Below, in pieces: positions 45,336 through 55,616 of a stretch of 64,000 bases of DNA. A program made the position numbers and the translations under genes. Location: NCBI GenBank assembly GCA_034521595.1, contig JAXHMG010000003.1, positions 1,472,001-1,536,000 on the forward strand, read 5' to 3'. The DNA comes from Gemmatimonadota bacterium (GTDB lineage Bacteria > Gemmatimonadota > Gemmatimonadetes > Longimicrobiales > Gaopeijiaceae). The notes beneath the pieces are model-generated. The model was given only the letters and a program-made list of their open reading frames with translations. It was not told the origin of the DNA and searched no databases. Each line of letters opens with the position of its first letter. Position 1 is the first letter of the stretch.

Positions 45336-46533
45336 TCAGCTTCGGGCAAGTTCGTAGATCCGAGCGTACTCGACCTCAAGTTCGTCCCGCCAGACCCCGA
45401 CCACTTGGTCCCCCAGGATCTGAGTCGGGCGGAGCCGCTGATCGGGAAACTCGACGGTGCCGAGCCAGACTCCTTCACGATCGAAGACAGCCCAAGAACG
45501 AGCATCACCATCGTACGAAAAGTCCTGGACCCAAAGGAACCCCTCACTGTCGACAAGGAACCTCGAGTAGGCCGGTCGGCTCTGAGGTTGCGGCTGCTCT
45601 TGGTAACGGGCCCGAAGACCAGGTCGAGCGCCTTCTGGAGCTGCGAGCACTCGTGCCTCAACAGCGGCGTCGTAGGACACCTCATCCAATCGGACGTCGA
45701 CATCCGATCTGCGGATCAGACTTCGGAGGATACCGTCCTCAGAATAGACGCCGATCTGGTATGCATCTTGAGAACCCTGAAGGATCTCCTCACCCCGGAC
45801 TGCGTGACTCACCGACCGGGCCAAGAGAGGACGGAGCATCTCCACAGTCTGAGGGCCGTACATCAGGATCCGTTCCGAGCCCGGAGTCACGAGGACCGTG
45901 TCTTCCAGCGCTCCGGAGTGGGTCGATCCGGACGTAGGCTGCTCCGAACCTAGTCGGAGACCGGCGGGCAACTCGTCGATGATCGCCGACGAGAATGCGA
46001 GGTGCGCGGCCGGCGCGACGAGCCCCCGCGACGAGCCGACCGGACCAAGTCCTGCGTCGTCCACCGCAGCCCGGGCAACCCGAAACGGTCCGCTCTCGGG
46101 ATCCAAGACCGTGATCCTCTGCTGCGCGCCCGTCGAAGTCCCAGAGCGAGTCGGCGTTCAGCCCGATGGAAGGTCAGGCCCTGAAATTCCCCGGGCCCTT
46201 CGCCTGACCGACCGAACACGGAGATAGGGTTGCCAAGCAGGTTAAAAAGCTTGACCTGGCTGGCACCTTCGTCGAGCACGGCGATCCTCTCGCCGTGAGA
46301 ACGAAGACGCCCGAGAGCCGGTCGAACGCCGCATCGCCGTCCAGGCTACCCAGGCTCAGAACCGGATCCTGAGATACCTGCCATACCTCATGATCATTCC
46401 AAGCGGGACGACTGTTCTGCACGATCCGAATGCCGGCGCTGTCTTGGACGGCAACTGCAACGGGAGGAACTTCGTCAGACCCGCAGGCCGTGCAGATCAG
46501 AAGACAACCCAAGAGCGCTAGTCTCACCCGCAC
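45336..46533 (-). CDS. 6-bladed beta-propeller lipoprotein (frameshifted)
   Basis: Lipobox CTAC; DSAGIRIVQN, FGRSGEGPGEF, VDSEGFLWV, FDREGVWLG, DELEVEY. Confidence 0.8.
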
Positions 46534-46560
46534 GTTCTCCTCCGTCCAAAGAATGGCTTT

Positions 46561-46721
46561 CACATAACGTTCAGATGTTGCCGACGTGGCCCACCACCGC
46601 TCCCTCCGGAGCCGGCCACCCGTCATGAATACGGCTTAGGCGCTCAACCCGCCACACCCGTTCCGGGCCATGTAGGCCGGAGCGCCCGCAGGGCGCGGAG
46701 CCGGCAACATACTTGTTAGCA
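46561..46721. repeat. attC-like hairpin repeat D
   Basis: CACATAAC-GTTCAG-ATGTTGCCG-ACGTGGCC...GGCCATGT...CGGCAACAT-ACTT-GTTAGCA. Confidence 0.8.
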
Positions 46722-47429
46722 GATGTTGGCTTCCTGTGGTCCACGCCACACTTACGGTTGACTTCACGAGGGACGTCGCGTCGACGGCTATCCGTCCCGG
46801 TGGTTCGACCTGAAACGGAAACCCCGCGGACACACGGTCGAGGGATCGCGCGAAGGAAGCCCAAGGAGCGAGCAGACCGAAGGTGTGGCCCCAGTCGACC
46901 GATGATGCCTCGGAGCGGGTCAACGCGCGATTCACCAAAACCTCTTTGGCGCCGTCGACGAAGAACCCGCCGGGTGGACATCGCAGTCGTGGATCGAGCC
47001 CGCCCGACCGTGTGGAGCCACACGGGGGGAGGGACAGCGGCGAATCCATAGGGTGGTGGGCGTGACTCGAGCCGAAGGTGCGAACCCCAGTCGACCGTAG
47101 ATGCCTGGGAGGATGTCAACGCACGAGGAGTTGAAGGCGTCGCCGCTGTCCTCGAACCTGACCGTCCATGGCCAATGTCCGCTAACTGGTTGTTGCCGCA
47201 GAAGTGTGTCGCTTCTGCTCCTCGTCCTAGGCGGGATTCCCGACGTTGAGGATCTGGGGCTGGAGCGTCTGAGTAAGTTACCTCCGGTCTCCGCAACGTT
47301 CGCTCCCCCTCGGCGGAGCGCAAGGTAATCGCTCGGCGAAGGATCCGGGTGAGTCGGCGGGCGAGTCACGGCCTCCATCCGGTCGGCTGACGGTGGACTG
47401 GACCACGACCACACGTACGTCGAGACCTT

Positions 47430-48144
47430 TCAGTCGGCTGCATACGTGGACCGACCGTCGGTCGTCACGTTGTCACCCCCTGTCCTGGGTCCTTGAGCAC
47501 CCGTTCCGCCGGCCCCACTCGTCCACCAGCTCGGGGTTCGCTTCCGCATGACGCAGTGCTGCCGCGATCGGCAGCCCCTTCGAGACGTGCAAGCTGATGA
47601 CGAACTGCCACATCGCCGTCGCGAGGAGCATCGCCCCGTCGTCCTGATCGTTTGTGCCGGTTCGGCCTGGTACAGCCCGAAGTGCTTCATGAGCTGCTCG
47701 CCGTGCTCGGACTTGTCTTCGAACTGGAGGACGAAGTTGCCATGCATGTCCCATTTCCAGCCCTTCACCAGCCGCTGGAGGTCATCGGGAAGGGCGAGCA
47801 GATCCTCGGGCCGTTTAGCTCGTAGGCCCCGAACTCAGCGAGGTTGGCGAACGCCACCGCTGAGACCTCGTCGATCACGCGTTCCGCTGCGGTCCGCCTG
47901 GTTTCCTCAGCTCGACGCGGCGGGCGGCAAGATACGCCTGAACCTCTGGCTCCTTCAGGAGCTGGCGCGCATTCGTGGCGGCGTCCTTCCCCTTTGCCTT
48001 GAACCCCGACGCCTCGTACGCCACCCGGTGCCCCTTCCCTTCCAGGATGCCCTCACAGAACGCGATCCGTTCCGCGCTGAGCTCGCCGTCCTGAGCCTTC
48101 CCGCGTGGCCGGGCACGCCGGACCGCAGTGCCGTTACCAGCCAT
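47430..48144 (-). CDS. Terminase small subunit-like protein (frameshifted, end uncertain)
   Basis: FCEGIL..AYEASGF..NARQLLKEPEVQAYL, VIDEVSAVAFAN, DK...LMKHFGLY match the Terminase_2 layout. Confidence 0.7.
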
Positions 48145-48324
48145 GAGTCTCCTTCTCGGCACGGCCCATCGAGCCGCGCCCAAAATGGGGTGAGAACGGA
48201 GTGAGTTTGGCTTCGCTGGGGCAGCGGATCCAGGTTTCCGGACTTCGCCATCGGTACCGGAAAGGCATGAAACGACAAGACTTCCGGCACGCCGACAGCG
48301 AAATGCCGTACCCCCGCTGGCGGC

Positions 48325-48362
48325 TTTTAAGTCCCCTGCGTATACCATTTCGCCACCCCGGC
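48325..48362. repeat. att core direct repeat, copy 2 (orphan 5' half of tRNA-Leu)
   Basis: Identical to 17598-17635; identity stops at the anticodon loop. Confidence 0.95.
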
Positions 48363-48500
48363 GCAAGCGTCTCGCAAGCTATGCTCCTCTCCCCCACCAC
48401 GGGAAGTCCGGCTCGACGCCCGGTGTACCGTCGGCGTCCTACCGGGCCGGGGGCCACACGGCACGGATGCGTCGTCTCATGGACGACGTCAGGTTCACGC

Positions 48501-49262
48501 TCAGGGCCGGCGGCGCAGGACCCAGATCTCCAACAGCGACCACTCCTCGCCGGGATAGTTCTCCTGCTCCAGCTGCGACATACGGCGGTGACGGGTGGCC
48601 GTGCTGCCCACGAAATCCAGCCGCTCCAGGAGGATGCGCTTGGTCTCGTCGGCCTTCTCCAGGCTGAAGGGGTTGAGGAAGTTCACCAGCATGTAGCCCT
48701 CGCGCGGGGCGCGGGCGAAGGCGTCGACCAGGCCCTTGATGACATCGGTCTCGAGATAGACCAGCGAGGCGGTGGAGATCACCACGTCAGCGTTCTCCAT
48801 GGCGCTGTCCACGGACCGCTTCGCCTCAGGCGAAGGGGCGTTGAGATCGGCGACCACGGTGTCGTCGAACAGGCCGGAGCGCTGGCCGTAGGCCATGGCG
48901 TTGCCGGAGATGTCGATGCCGGTGGTATGGGCCGGGAAGCGGCGGTCGGCCTCGATGGTCCGGCAGGCCTCGGCATCGCGCCAGTTGTGGCGGATGGCCT
49001 CGTAGTCCATGCCGTAGACGGTGGCCATGGTGGTGTTGCCGAAGCAGGCGCACAGGTCGACGTAGTTGACGGTCTCGCCGCGCTCCGCCTTTGCCTGCAC
49101 CCAGGGCAGGATCAGGCGGTCGAACATCTGGCGGTTGAAATCGTCCGAGATGTAGTCCAGCGCGTCCAGGATGCGCTCCTTGAAGGGCACCGGAGTCTCG
49201 GCGACGTAGATGTCGTCGAAATGCTGCTTCTTCTCGTCGGTTCTGATGCTGCTCTGGCTCAT
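48501..49262 (-). CDS. Class I SAM-dependent methyltransferase-like protein
   Basis: VDLCACFG, GIDISGNA, VADLN, ADVVISTASLVY. Confidence 0.7.
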   Translation of the reverse strand: MSQSSIRTDEKKQHFDDIYVAETPVPFKERILDALDYISDDFNRQMFDRLILPWVQAKAERGETVNYVDLCACFGNTTMATVYGMDYEAIRHNWRDAEACRTIEADRRFPAHTTGIDISGNAMAYGQRSGLFDDTVVADLNAPSPEAKRSVDSAMENADVVISTASLVYLETDVIKGLVDAFARAPREGYMLVNFLNPFSLEKADETKRILLERLDFVGSTATRHRRMSQLEQENYPGEEWSLLEIWVLRRRP

Positions 49263-49474
49263 CTTTCGTCTCTGCTTGCTGTGAAGTAGCGCGCTCTTTC
49301 GGTTCCCGCTTCGGCGGAAGCATCTCCCTATGTTAATGGTTTCCCCGTCTCTCGGCATTCGCACCCCCTCCCTGCTGGTGCTCACCGCGGGGCCGGCGCA
49401 TGCCGGCGGTCCCGGTCTGCCGAGCTCGCGGCCGATCGCATCACGACCGTGTCTCCCTGCGCTGTAGGCTGGGG

Positions 49475-49528
49475 TTGCATCTTCAGCGTGTTACCAGTAT
49501 ATATCGTGTATCGACGATCAACGATATA
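49475..49528 (+). promoter_or_regulatory. ars promoter with inverted-repeat operator
   Basis: TTGCAT-17-TATATA; TATATCGT (49500-49507) / ACGATATA (49521-49528). Confidence 0.6.
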
Positions 49529-49540
49529 GGAGCACCTGTG

Positions 49541-49942
49541 ATGCCAGTTGTAGCCGAGACGCAGTCCTTGCCCTTGGACGCACCAGCCGCCGAGCCGGCG
49601 TCCGGTGCAGAGATCGCCGCGATCGCCAAGGCGCTAGGCCATCCGGCCCGGATTCACATCGTGCGGTTGTTGCTGGAGGAGCCCTGCGTCGGCCGCGAGA
49701 TCGTGGGCGAGGTGGGGCTGGCGCAGTCCACGGTTTCCGAGCATCTGCGCATTCTCAAAGCAGCCGGCATCATCATGGGCGAAATCGAACATCCGCGAGT
49801 CTGCTACTCCCTCAATCCCGACAGCGTGGCTCCGCTGGCGGGACTGCTGAGCGCGGTGTTTGAGAAGGACAACCGTTGCGAAGTCGACGATGCCGACTGC
49901 TGCCCACCTGCGGGCTGCGAATCCACGAACACCTCTTGCTGA
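49541..49942 (+). CDS. arsR: ArsR family regulator
   Basis: AKALGHPARIHI, LAQSTVSEHLRILK, VCY; Cys-rich tail; heads arsD-arsA. Confidence 0.85.
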   Translation: MPVVAETQSLPLDAPAAEPASGAEIAAIAKALGHPARIHIVRLLLEEPCVGREIVGEVGLAQSTVSEHLRILKAAGIIMGEIEHPRVCYSLNPDSVAPLAGLLSAVFEKDNRCEVDDADCCPPAGCESTNTSC

Positions 49943-49956
49943 TGAGGAGCGCTCTC

Positions 49957-50562
49957 ATGCCTACAGTCACGATTTATGATCCACCCATGTGTTGCTCGAC
50001 GGGCGTCTGCGGCCCCGAGGTCGATCCGAAGCTGGTGCAATTCGCCGGTGACCTCGACTGGCTGAAGGCCCGGGGCGTCGAGGTCCGGCGCGTGAATCTC
50101 GCGCAGGAGCCCGACCGCTTCGTCGCGAACCCCACGGTCAAGGCGATCCTCGATCGCTCGGGAGACGATGAGCTGCCGGTAGTCGTCGTGGGTGACGAGT
50201 TGATGGCGAGCGGGCGGTACCCCAGCCGCGACGAGCTCGCCGAGAGCACGGGCGTCGGAGTCGAGCCTCCGGCCGAAGAAGTGACCGACGGGGTCAAAGA
50301 GCTCATCGCCATCGGCGCCGCCATCGGCGCAAGCTGTGAGCCCTGTTTCAAGTTTCACTACGACAAGGCTCGAAAGCTGGGCGTCTCCGTCGAGGCCATG
50401 CGCGAGGCCGTCCGGGTCGGCGACGCCGTCAAGGCTGCGTCGGCCAAGAACATGCTCGGACTCGCCGACCGGATCCTCGGCGCCGAAGAGCCCGAAGCGG
50501 CCGCCAGCGCCTGCTGCGGCGACGCCGACGAGCCCCAGGAGAAAGCCTCCGGCTGCTGTTGA
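49957..50562 (+). CDS. arsD: Arsenic metallochaperone ArsD fused to a CMD/AhpD-like domain
   Basis: YDPPMCCSTGVCG..GRYPSRDEL, then KELIAIGAAIGASCEPCFKFH; CC...GCC tail. Confidence 0.88.
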   Translation: MPTVTIYDPPMCCSTGVCGPEVDPKLVQFAGDLDWLKARGVEVRRVNLAQEPDRFVANPTVKAILDRSGDDELPVVVVGDELMASGRYPSRDELAESTGVGVEPPAEEVTDGVKELIAIGAAIGASCEPCFKFHYDKARKLGVSVEAMREAVRVGDAVKAASAKNMLGLADRILGAEEPEAAASACCGDADEPQEKASGCC

Positions 50563-50610
50563 TCGCCGCCCGAGCGCTACGCATACCTTATAGAAAGAAG
50601 GAAGCACACC

Positions 50611-52380
50611 GTGTTCAACGATCTACCCAAGTTCGTCTTCTTCACCGGTAAGGGCGGGGTCGGCAAGACGTCGCTGGCATGCGCCACGGCCGTCAGCCTG
50701 GCCGACCGCGACAAAAAGGTCCTGCTCGTCAGCACCGACCCGGCCTCCAACGTCGGGCAGGTATTCGATACGGAGATCGGCAACCGCATGGTGCCCGTCT
50801 CGGGCGTGCCGGGGCTCGACGCCATCGAGATCAACCCCGAGGAAGCGGCCGCCGACTACCGGGAGCGGATCGTCGGCCCCATGCGTGACGTGCTCCCGGA
50901 GAACGCGCTCAAGAGCATCGAGGAACAGCTCTCCGGCGCCTGCACCACGGAGATCGCCGCTTTCGACGAGTTCACGGGCCTCCTGACGCATCAGGAGCGC
51001 ATCGAAGGCTACGACCACGTCCTCTTCGATACGGCTCCGACGGGCCACACGATTCGCCTGCTCCAACTGCCCGGAGCCTGGTCGGGCTTCCTCGAGGAGG
51101 GGAAGGGCGACGCCTCCTGCCTCGGTCCGCTGGCCGGCCTGGAGAAGCAGCGCGAGCGGTACGCGGCAGCGGTGGCGCGCCTTTCCGACGGCGACAGCAC
51201 GCGTCTCGTCCTCGTGGCTCGCCCGCGCCCATCGGCCCTCGCCGAGGCCGCGCGGGCGTCACGCGAGCTGGCGGCCATCGGCATCCGGAACCAGCAGCTC
51301 GCCATCAACGGGCTGATGCCCGAGGACGTCGAGGGCGACCCGCTGGCCACGGCGCTGGCCGAGCGGGACCGGACGGCATTGGCCGAGATGGACGCGGACC
51401 TCGAGGACCTTCCCCGCGTGACGGTCCCCCTCCGGTCGGAGAACCTCATGGGTGTCCAGGCGCTTCGCCGGTTCGCCGAGGGCGCCCCGGATACCGACGG
51501 CGCTCCCGTCCCGGACCCGTCGGCTCAGGACGAGCTACCCGATCTCGAATCGCTCCTCGACGAGGTGGAAAAGCCCGGCAAAGGGCTCCTCATGTTCATG
51601 GGCAAGGGCGGCGTGGGGAAGACGACCATGGCCGCGGCCTTCGCGGCCGACCTCGCGGCCCGGGGGCACGAGGTGCTGCTGACCACCACGGATCCCGCCG
51701 CGCACCTGGTGGAAACGCTGGGAGGAGAGGTCCCGGGCCTCACCGTCAGCCGGATCGATCCGGCCGAGGAGACGCAGCGCTACCGGGACCGCGTGCTCAA
51801 AACCAAGGGCGAGGGCTTGGACGCGGAGGCGCGGGCCATGCTGGAAGAGGATCTGCGCTCTCCGTGCACGGAGGAGATCGCCGTGTTCCAGGCGTTCTCC
51901 AAGGTCATCCGGGAAAGCAGCCGGCGCTTCGTGGTGATGGATACGGCGCCCACGGGGCACACGTTGCTGTTGCTGGACGCCACCGGATCCTATCACCGCG
52001 ACGTCCTTCGGCACATGGCACCGGACCAGGAAGGTCACGTCACCACGCCGATGATGCAGCTTCAAGACCCGAGCCAGACGAAGATCTTCATCGTGACGCT
52101 GCCCGAGACGACACCCGTCGTGGAAGCGGCGCACCTACAGGAGGATCTCCGACGCGCGGGCATCGAGCCCTGGGGCTGGATCATCAACGCGAGCCTCGCG
52201 GCGGCGCGGACCCAGCATCCCCTGCTCCTCCGCCGGGCTGCCTCGGAGTACACGCAGGTCGCCAAGGTGCGCGACGAATTGGCGTCACGACACGCCGTCG
52301 TGCCCATGCAGGCCGAAGAGCCGGTGGGCCGCGAGCACCTCATGGCCCTGGGCCGGCCGATGACGCCTTCGGAGGTGTGA
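50611..52380 (+). CDS. arsA: Arsenical pump-driving ATPase
   Basis: Two GKGGVGKT and two DTAPTGH motifs; GACTTE, SCLGP, SPCTEE. Confidence 0.96.
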   Translation: MFNDLPKFVFFTGKGGVGKTSLACATAVSLADRDKKVLLVSTDPASNVGQVFDTEIGNRMVPVSGVPGLDAIEINPEEAAADYRERIVGPMRDVLPENALKSIEEQLSGACTTEIAAFDEFTGLLTHQERIEGYDHVLFDTAPTGHTIRLLQLPGAWSGFLEEGKGDASCLGPLAGLEKQRERYAAAVARLSDGDSTRLVLVARPRPSALAEAARASRELAAIGIRNQQLAINGLMPEDVEGDPLATALAERDRTALAEMDADLEDLPRVTVPLRSENLMGVQALRRFAEGAPDTDGAPVPDPSAQDELPDLESLLDEVEKPGKGLLMFMGKGGVGKTTMAAAFAADLAARGHEVLLTTTDPAAHLVETLGGEVPGLTVSRIDPAEETQRYRDRVLKTKGEGLDAEARAMLEEDLRSPCTEEIAVFQAFSKVIRESSRRFVVMDTAPTGHTLLLLDATGSYHRDVLRHMAPDQEGHVTTPMMQLQDPSQTKIFIVTLPETTPVVEAAHLQEDLRRAGIEPWGWIINASLAAARTQHPLLLRRAASEYTQVAKVRDELASRHAVVPMQAEEPVGREHLMALGRPMTPSEV

Positions 52381-52387
52381 AGACACC

Positions 52388-52801
52388 ATGTTGGAATACT
52401 CGGTACAGGCCCGGCGCATCGACGAGCACGGGAGCCTCGCTACCACCAACGAGGCCGAGATCACGCTCGACACCGACGTGAAGGGCCGCGAAGACGCCTT
52501 CAACCCCGCCGAGCTGTTCCTCGCGGCCATCGCGGCCTGTATGATCAAGGGCGTCGAGCGAGTGACGCCCATGCTCGAGTTCGAGCTACGCGGCGTCGAG
52601 GTGAAGCTGGACGGCGTCCGGCAGGACAGCCCACCGAAGATGGCTTCAGTGGATTACGAGATCATCGTCGATACGGACGAAGATGACCGGCGGCTCGAGC
52701 TGCTGCACACGAACGTCCGCAAGTTCGGCACGATCTCCAATACGGTCGCCGAGGCCACCCGGCTGGAAGGCACCATCCGGCGGCGGTCCGCGACCTCGTG
52801 A
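52388..52801 (+). CDS. OsmC-like protein
   Basis: FNPAELFLAAIAAC; the second OsmC Cys is absent (GTISNT). Confidence 0.75.
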   Translation: MLEYSVQARRIDEHGSLATTNEAEITLDTDVKGREDAFNPAELFLAAIAACMIKGVERVTPMLEFELRGVEVKLDGVRQDSPPKMASVDYEIIVDTDEDDRRLELLHTNVRKFGTISNTVAEATRLEGTIRRRSATS

Positions 52802-52825
52802 GCCAGCGGAGACGGTCACCCCTTC

Positions 52826-53959
52826 TCACGGTTGAGCTCCCGTGCCCGCGCTCACCCCCGCGGGCACGGCGCAGTTCGACACCCCCTCGATCTCCGCCTC
52901 GGCCTCCGGGAAGTATCTGCGCCGCCACCAGAGGGCGACGTTCACCAGGGCGATGAGGACCGGAACCTCCACCAGAGGACCGATAACGGCGGCGAAGGCC
53001 GCCCCGTGGGCGATGCCGAAGGTGCCCACAGCCACGGCGATGGCCAGCTCGAAGTTGTTGGACGCGGCAGTGAACGACAGCGTCGTCGTCTTCCTGTAGT
53101 CGGCACCGGCCCAGCGGCTCATGAAGAACGTGATCACGAACATCGCCAGGAAGTAGATCAGGAGGGGCACGCCCACCCGGACCACGTCCAACGGCTGGGC
53201 CACGATGGCCTCGCCCTGGATGGAGAACATGACCACGATGGTGAAGAGGAGCGCCACCAGGGTGACCGGGCTGATCTTCGGGATGAAGCGCTCTTGGTAC
53301 CAGGTCTTGCCCTTCGCCTTCACGAGGACGAGGCGCGTCAGCATCCCGGCCAGGAAGGGGATCCCGAGATAGATGAACACGCTCTCGGCGATCTGCCCCA
53401 TGGTGATGTCGATGACCGCCCCTTCGAGTCCGAGCCACCCGGGAATCACGGTGATGAAGAGCCAGGCGTACACCGAGTAGAAGAAGACCTGGAAGACCGA
53501 GTTGAAGGCCACCAGGCCGGCGGCGTACTCGTTGTCGCCCTCGGCGAGCTCGTTCCACACGATCACCATGGCGATGCAGCGCGCCAGGCCGATGAGGATG
53601 AGCCCCACCATGAGCTCCGGGTGGTCGCGCAGAAAAGCCACGGCCAGCCCGAACATGAGGATCGGTCCGATGAGCCAGTTCTGCACCAGGGAGAGCCCCA
53701 GGATCTTCCAATCCCGGAAGACGTCGCCCAACTCCTCGTAACGCACCTTCGCCAGGGGTGGATACATCATCAGGATGAGTCCGATGGCGATGGGGATGGA
53801 CGTGGTCCCGACGTGCGTCGCCTCGTTCACGGCCGTGACGGCCGCCGGCCAGAGGTGCCCCAGCGCAACGCCCACCACCATGGCGGCCCCGATCCACACC
53901 GTCAGATAGCGGTCCAGGAGCGACATCCGACGGGCGACCCCTTGCTGCTCGTGCCTCAT
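52826..53959 (-). CDS. acr3: ACR3 family arsenite efflux transporter
   Basis: [43 protein letters not shown]. Confidence 0.96.
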   Translation of the reverse strand: MRHEQQGVARRMSLLDRYLTVWIGAAMVVGVALGHLWPAAVTAVNEATHVGTTSIPIAIGLILMMYPPLAKVRYEELGDVFRDWKILGLSLVQNWLIGPILMFGLAVAFLRDHPELMVGLILIGLARCIAMVIVWNELAEGDNEYAAGLVAFNSVFQVFFYSVYAWLFITVIPGWLGLEGAVIDITMGQIAESVFIYLGIPFLAGMLTRLVLVKAKGKTWYQERFIPKISPVTLVALLFTIVVMFSIQGEAIVAQPLDVVRVGVPLLIYFLAMFVITFFMSRWAGADYRKTTTLSFTAASNNFELAIAVAVGTFGIAHGAAFAAVIGPLVEVPVLIALVNVALWWRRRYFPEAEAEIEGVSNCAVPAGVSAGTGAQP

Positions 53960-54723
53960 GCGTTTTCCTCCGTCTCCGGCATGCCGCCGGTCTCGAGGTA
54001 TGCGGCGAAGTCGTCCGGGAGGTCACTACCGCGGATCGCCTCCGTCGCCCGTTCCAGGTCGTAGTCCACCCGCTCGAACTCCACACGCACCTGCTCACCG
54101 TCCATGTCCACCACCACGTATCCGGCCCGCCAGTCTCCGTCCTTCGGCCGTCCCACCGATCCCGTGTTGACGAACTCGATGCCTTCGACGGTCCGGTGCC
54201 ACGGCTTGTGGGTATGGCCGAAGGCGATGACGTCCCCGGCCTTCGCCCCGAGGTGCCCGGCCATCTTGAGGCAAAAGGCGTCCGAACGGTCCTCCGTCCA
54301 GTAGACGGTGTTCAGCACGGGGTTGCCGTGGAGCAGCATGAGTCGGGGGCCGGGCGCGTGTCCCCCCAGCGGCCGGACGTCGATCCGGAAGGGGAGCCCA
54401 CCCAGCCATTTCTTCGTCTCACGCGACACGTTCGTCCGGGTCCACTCGTAGCTCAGGTGGCTCAGAGCCTCCTGCCGCGGGTCCTCGGATCTGCACCCGC
54501 AGTGCTCGTAGTCCGTGGCCGTCGTCGAGTCGTAGTTCCCCGCGATCCCCGGAATCGCACGCTCCCGAAGGAGCGCGACCACTTCGTTCGGCCACGGTGC
54601 GTAGCCCACCAGGTCGCCGAGGTGATACACGGCCTCGACGTCCGCGCGAGCGTCGAGGGCGGCGAGGACCGCCTCGAGGGCCGGGAGATTCCCGTGAATG
54701 TCGCTGATCAACGCGATCCGCAT
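53956..54723 (-). CDS. Metallophosphoesterase family protein
   Basis: SDIHGN, GDLVGY, GNYD, HG, GHTH, NTGSVG. Confidence 0.9.
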   Translation of the reverse strand: MRIALISDIHGNLPALEAVLAALDARADVEAVYHLGDLVGYAPWPNEVVALLRERAIPGIAGNYDSTTATDYEHCGCRSEDPRQEALSHLSYEWTRTNVSRETKKWLGGLPFRIDVRPLGGHAPGPRLMLLHGNPVLNTVYWTEDRSDAFCLKMAGHLGAKAGDVIAFGHTHKPWHRTVEGIEFVNTGSVGRPKDGDWRAGYVVVDMDGEQVRVEFERVDYDLERATEAIRGSDLPDDFAAYLETGGMPETEENA

Positions 54724-54727
54724 CGCT

Positions 54728-55561
54728 CTACCCTTTCGCCGCCGCGGGCTTCCGCGCCCGCACGAAGGCTGACATGATGCGCCCTTCCACGGCGCTCACG
54801 AAGGCGTCGACGTCCAATCCCCCTTCCTCGAGAAAGGCCCGGGCGTCCTCGGGCTCGTAGATGCGCGTGGGCTCGAGGCTCGGATTTTCGAAGCCCGCTT
54901 CCCTCAGCAGGCGCTCGAACTCCCGCTCCTCGAGCGCGCCCGCCACGCAGCCCACCCAGAGCTCCATGCTCCGACGGAGCTCCGGTGGGATGTCGCCGCG
55001 CACCACCACGTCCGAGACCGCGAAGCGTCCGCCGGGCTTCAACACCCGGACGGCCTCCCGGAGCACCCGCCCCTTGTCGGCGGACAGGTTGATCACGCAG
55101 TTGCTGATGATCACGTCGACGCTCTCGTCCGGAAGCGGGATCTGTTCGATGTCGCCCTTCAGGAACTCGACGTTCGTCGCGCCGGCCTCCCGTGCATTGT
55201 GACGGGCGAGCTCGAGCATCTCGTCGGTCATGTCCAGCCCGTACGCCTTGCCCGTCGGGCCGACCCGCCGCGCGCTCAGCAACACGTCGATCCCGCCGCC
55301 GCTCCCCAGGTCCAGGACCACCTCGCCCTCGGACAGCTCCGCGAGGGCGGTGGGGTTTCCGCACCCCAGGGAGGCCAGAACCGCCTTCTCCGGGAGTGTG
55401 GACGTAGTGACCTCATCGTACAGGTCGCGCGTGATGGGGTCGCTCGCCTCCGGCCCGCAGCCGCACGACGAGCCGCAGCAGCTTCCGGCCGAGCTCGACG
55501 TCGCGCGCGCCGCCGCCTCACCGTACTTCTGACGCACCGTGCTTCTCAGATCCTCGCTCAT
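54728..55561 (-). CDS. arsM: Arsenite S-adenosylmethionine methyltransferase
   Basis: [35 protein letters not shown]. Confidence 0.93.
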   Translation of the reverse strand: MSEDLRSTVRQKYGEAAARATSSSAGSCCGSSCGCGPEASDPITRDLYDEVTTSTLPEKAVLASLGCGNPTALAELSEGEVVLDLGSGGGIDVLLSARRVGPTGKAYGLDMTDEMLELARHNAREAGATNVEFLKGDIEQIPLPDESVDVIISNCVINLSADKGRVLREAVRVLKPGGRFAVSDVVVRGDIPPELRRSMELWVGCVAGALEEREFERLLREAGFENPSLEPTRIYEPEDARAFLEEGGLDVDAFVSAVEGRIMSAFVRARKPAAAKG

Positions 55562-55572
55562 TCCGCCCTCCC

Positions 55573-55588
55573 ATCAACCATTGTTGAT
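55573..55588. promoter_or_regulatory. Palindromic operator ATCAAC-N4-GTTGAT upstream of arsM
   Basis: Same palindrome recurs at 55962-55977. Confidence 0.65.
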
Positions 55589-55616
55589 ATATCGGTTCAA
55601 AAAAACGGCTCGGCCG

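Noticed and set aside
33031-46721. Repeats A-E as a CRISPR array
   Set aside because: Units are 120-160 bp, imperfect and separated by kb-sized genes; no cas genes.
48325-48362. A second functional or split tRNA gene
   Set aside because: Only nucleotides 1-38 are present; the following sequence cannot form the anticodon 3' strand, T-arm or acceptor stem. It is explained as the att duplication.
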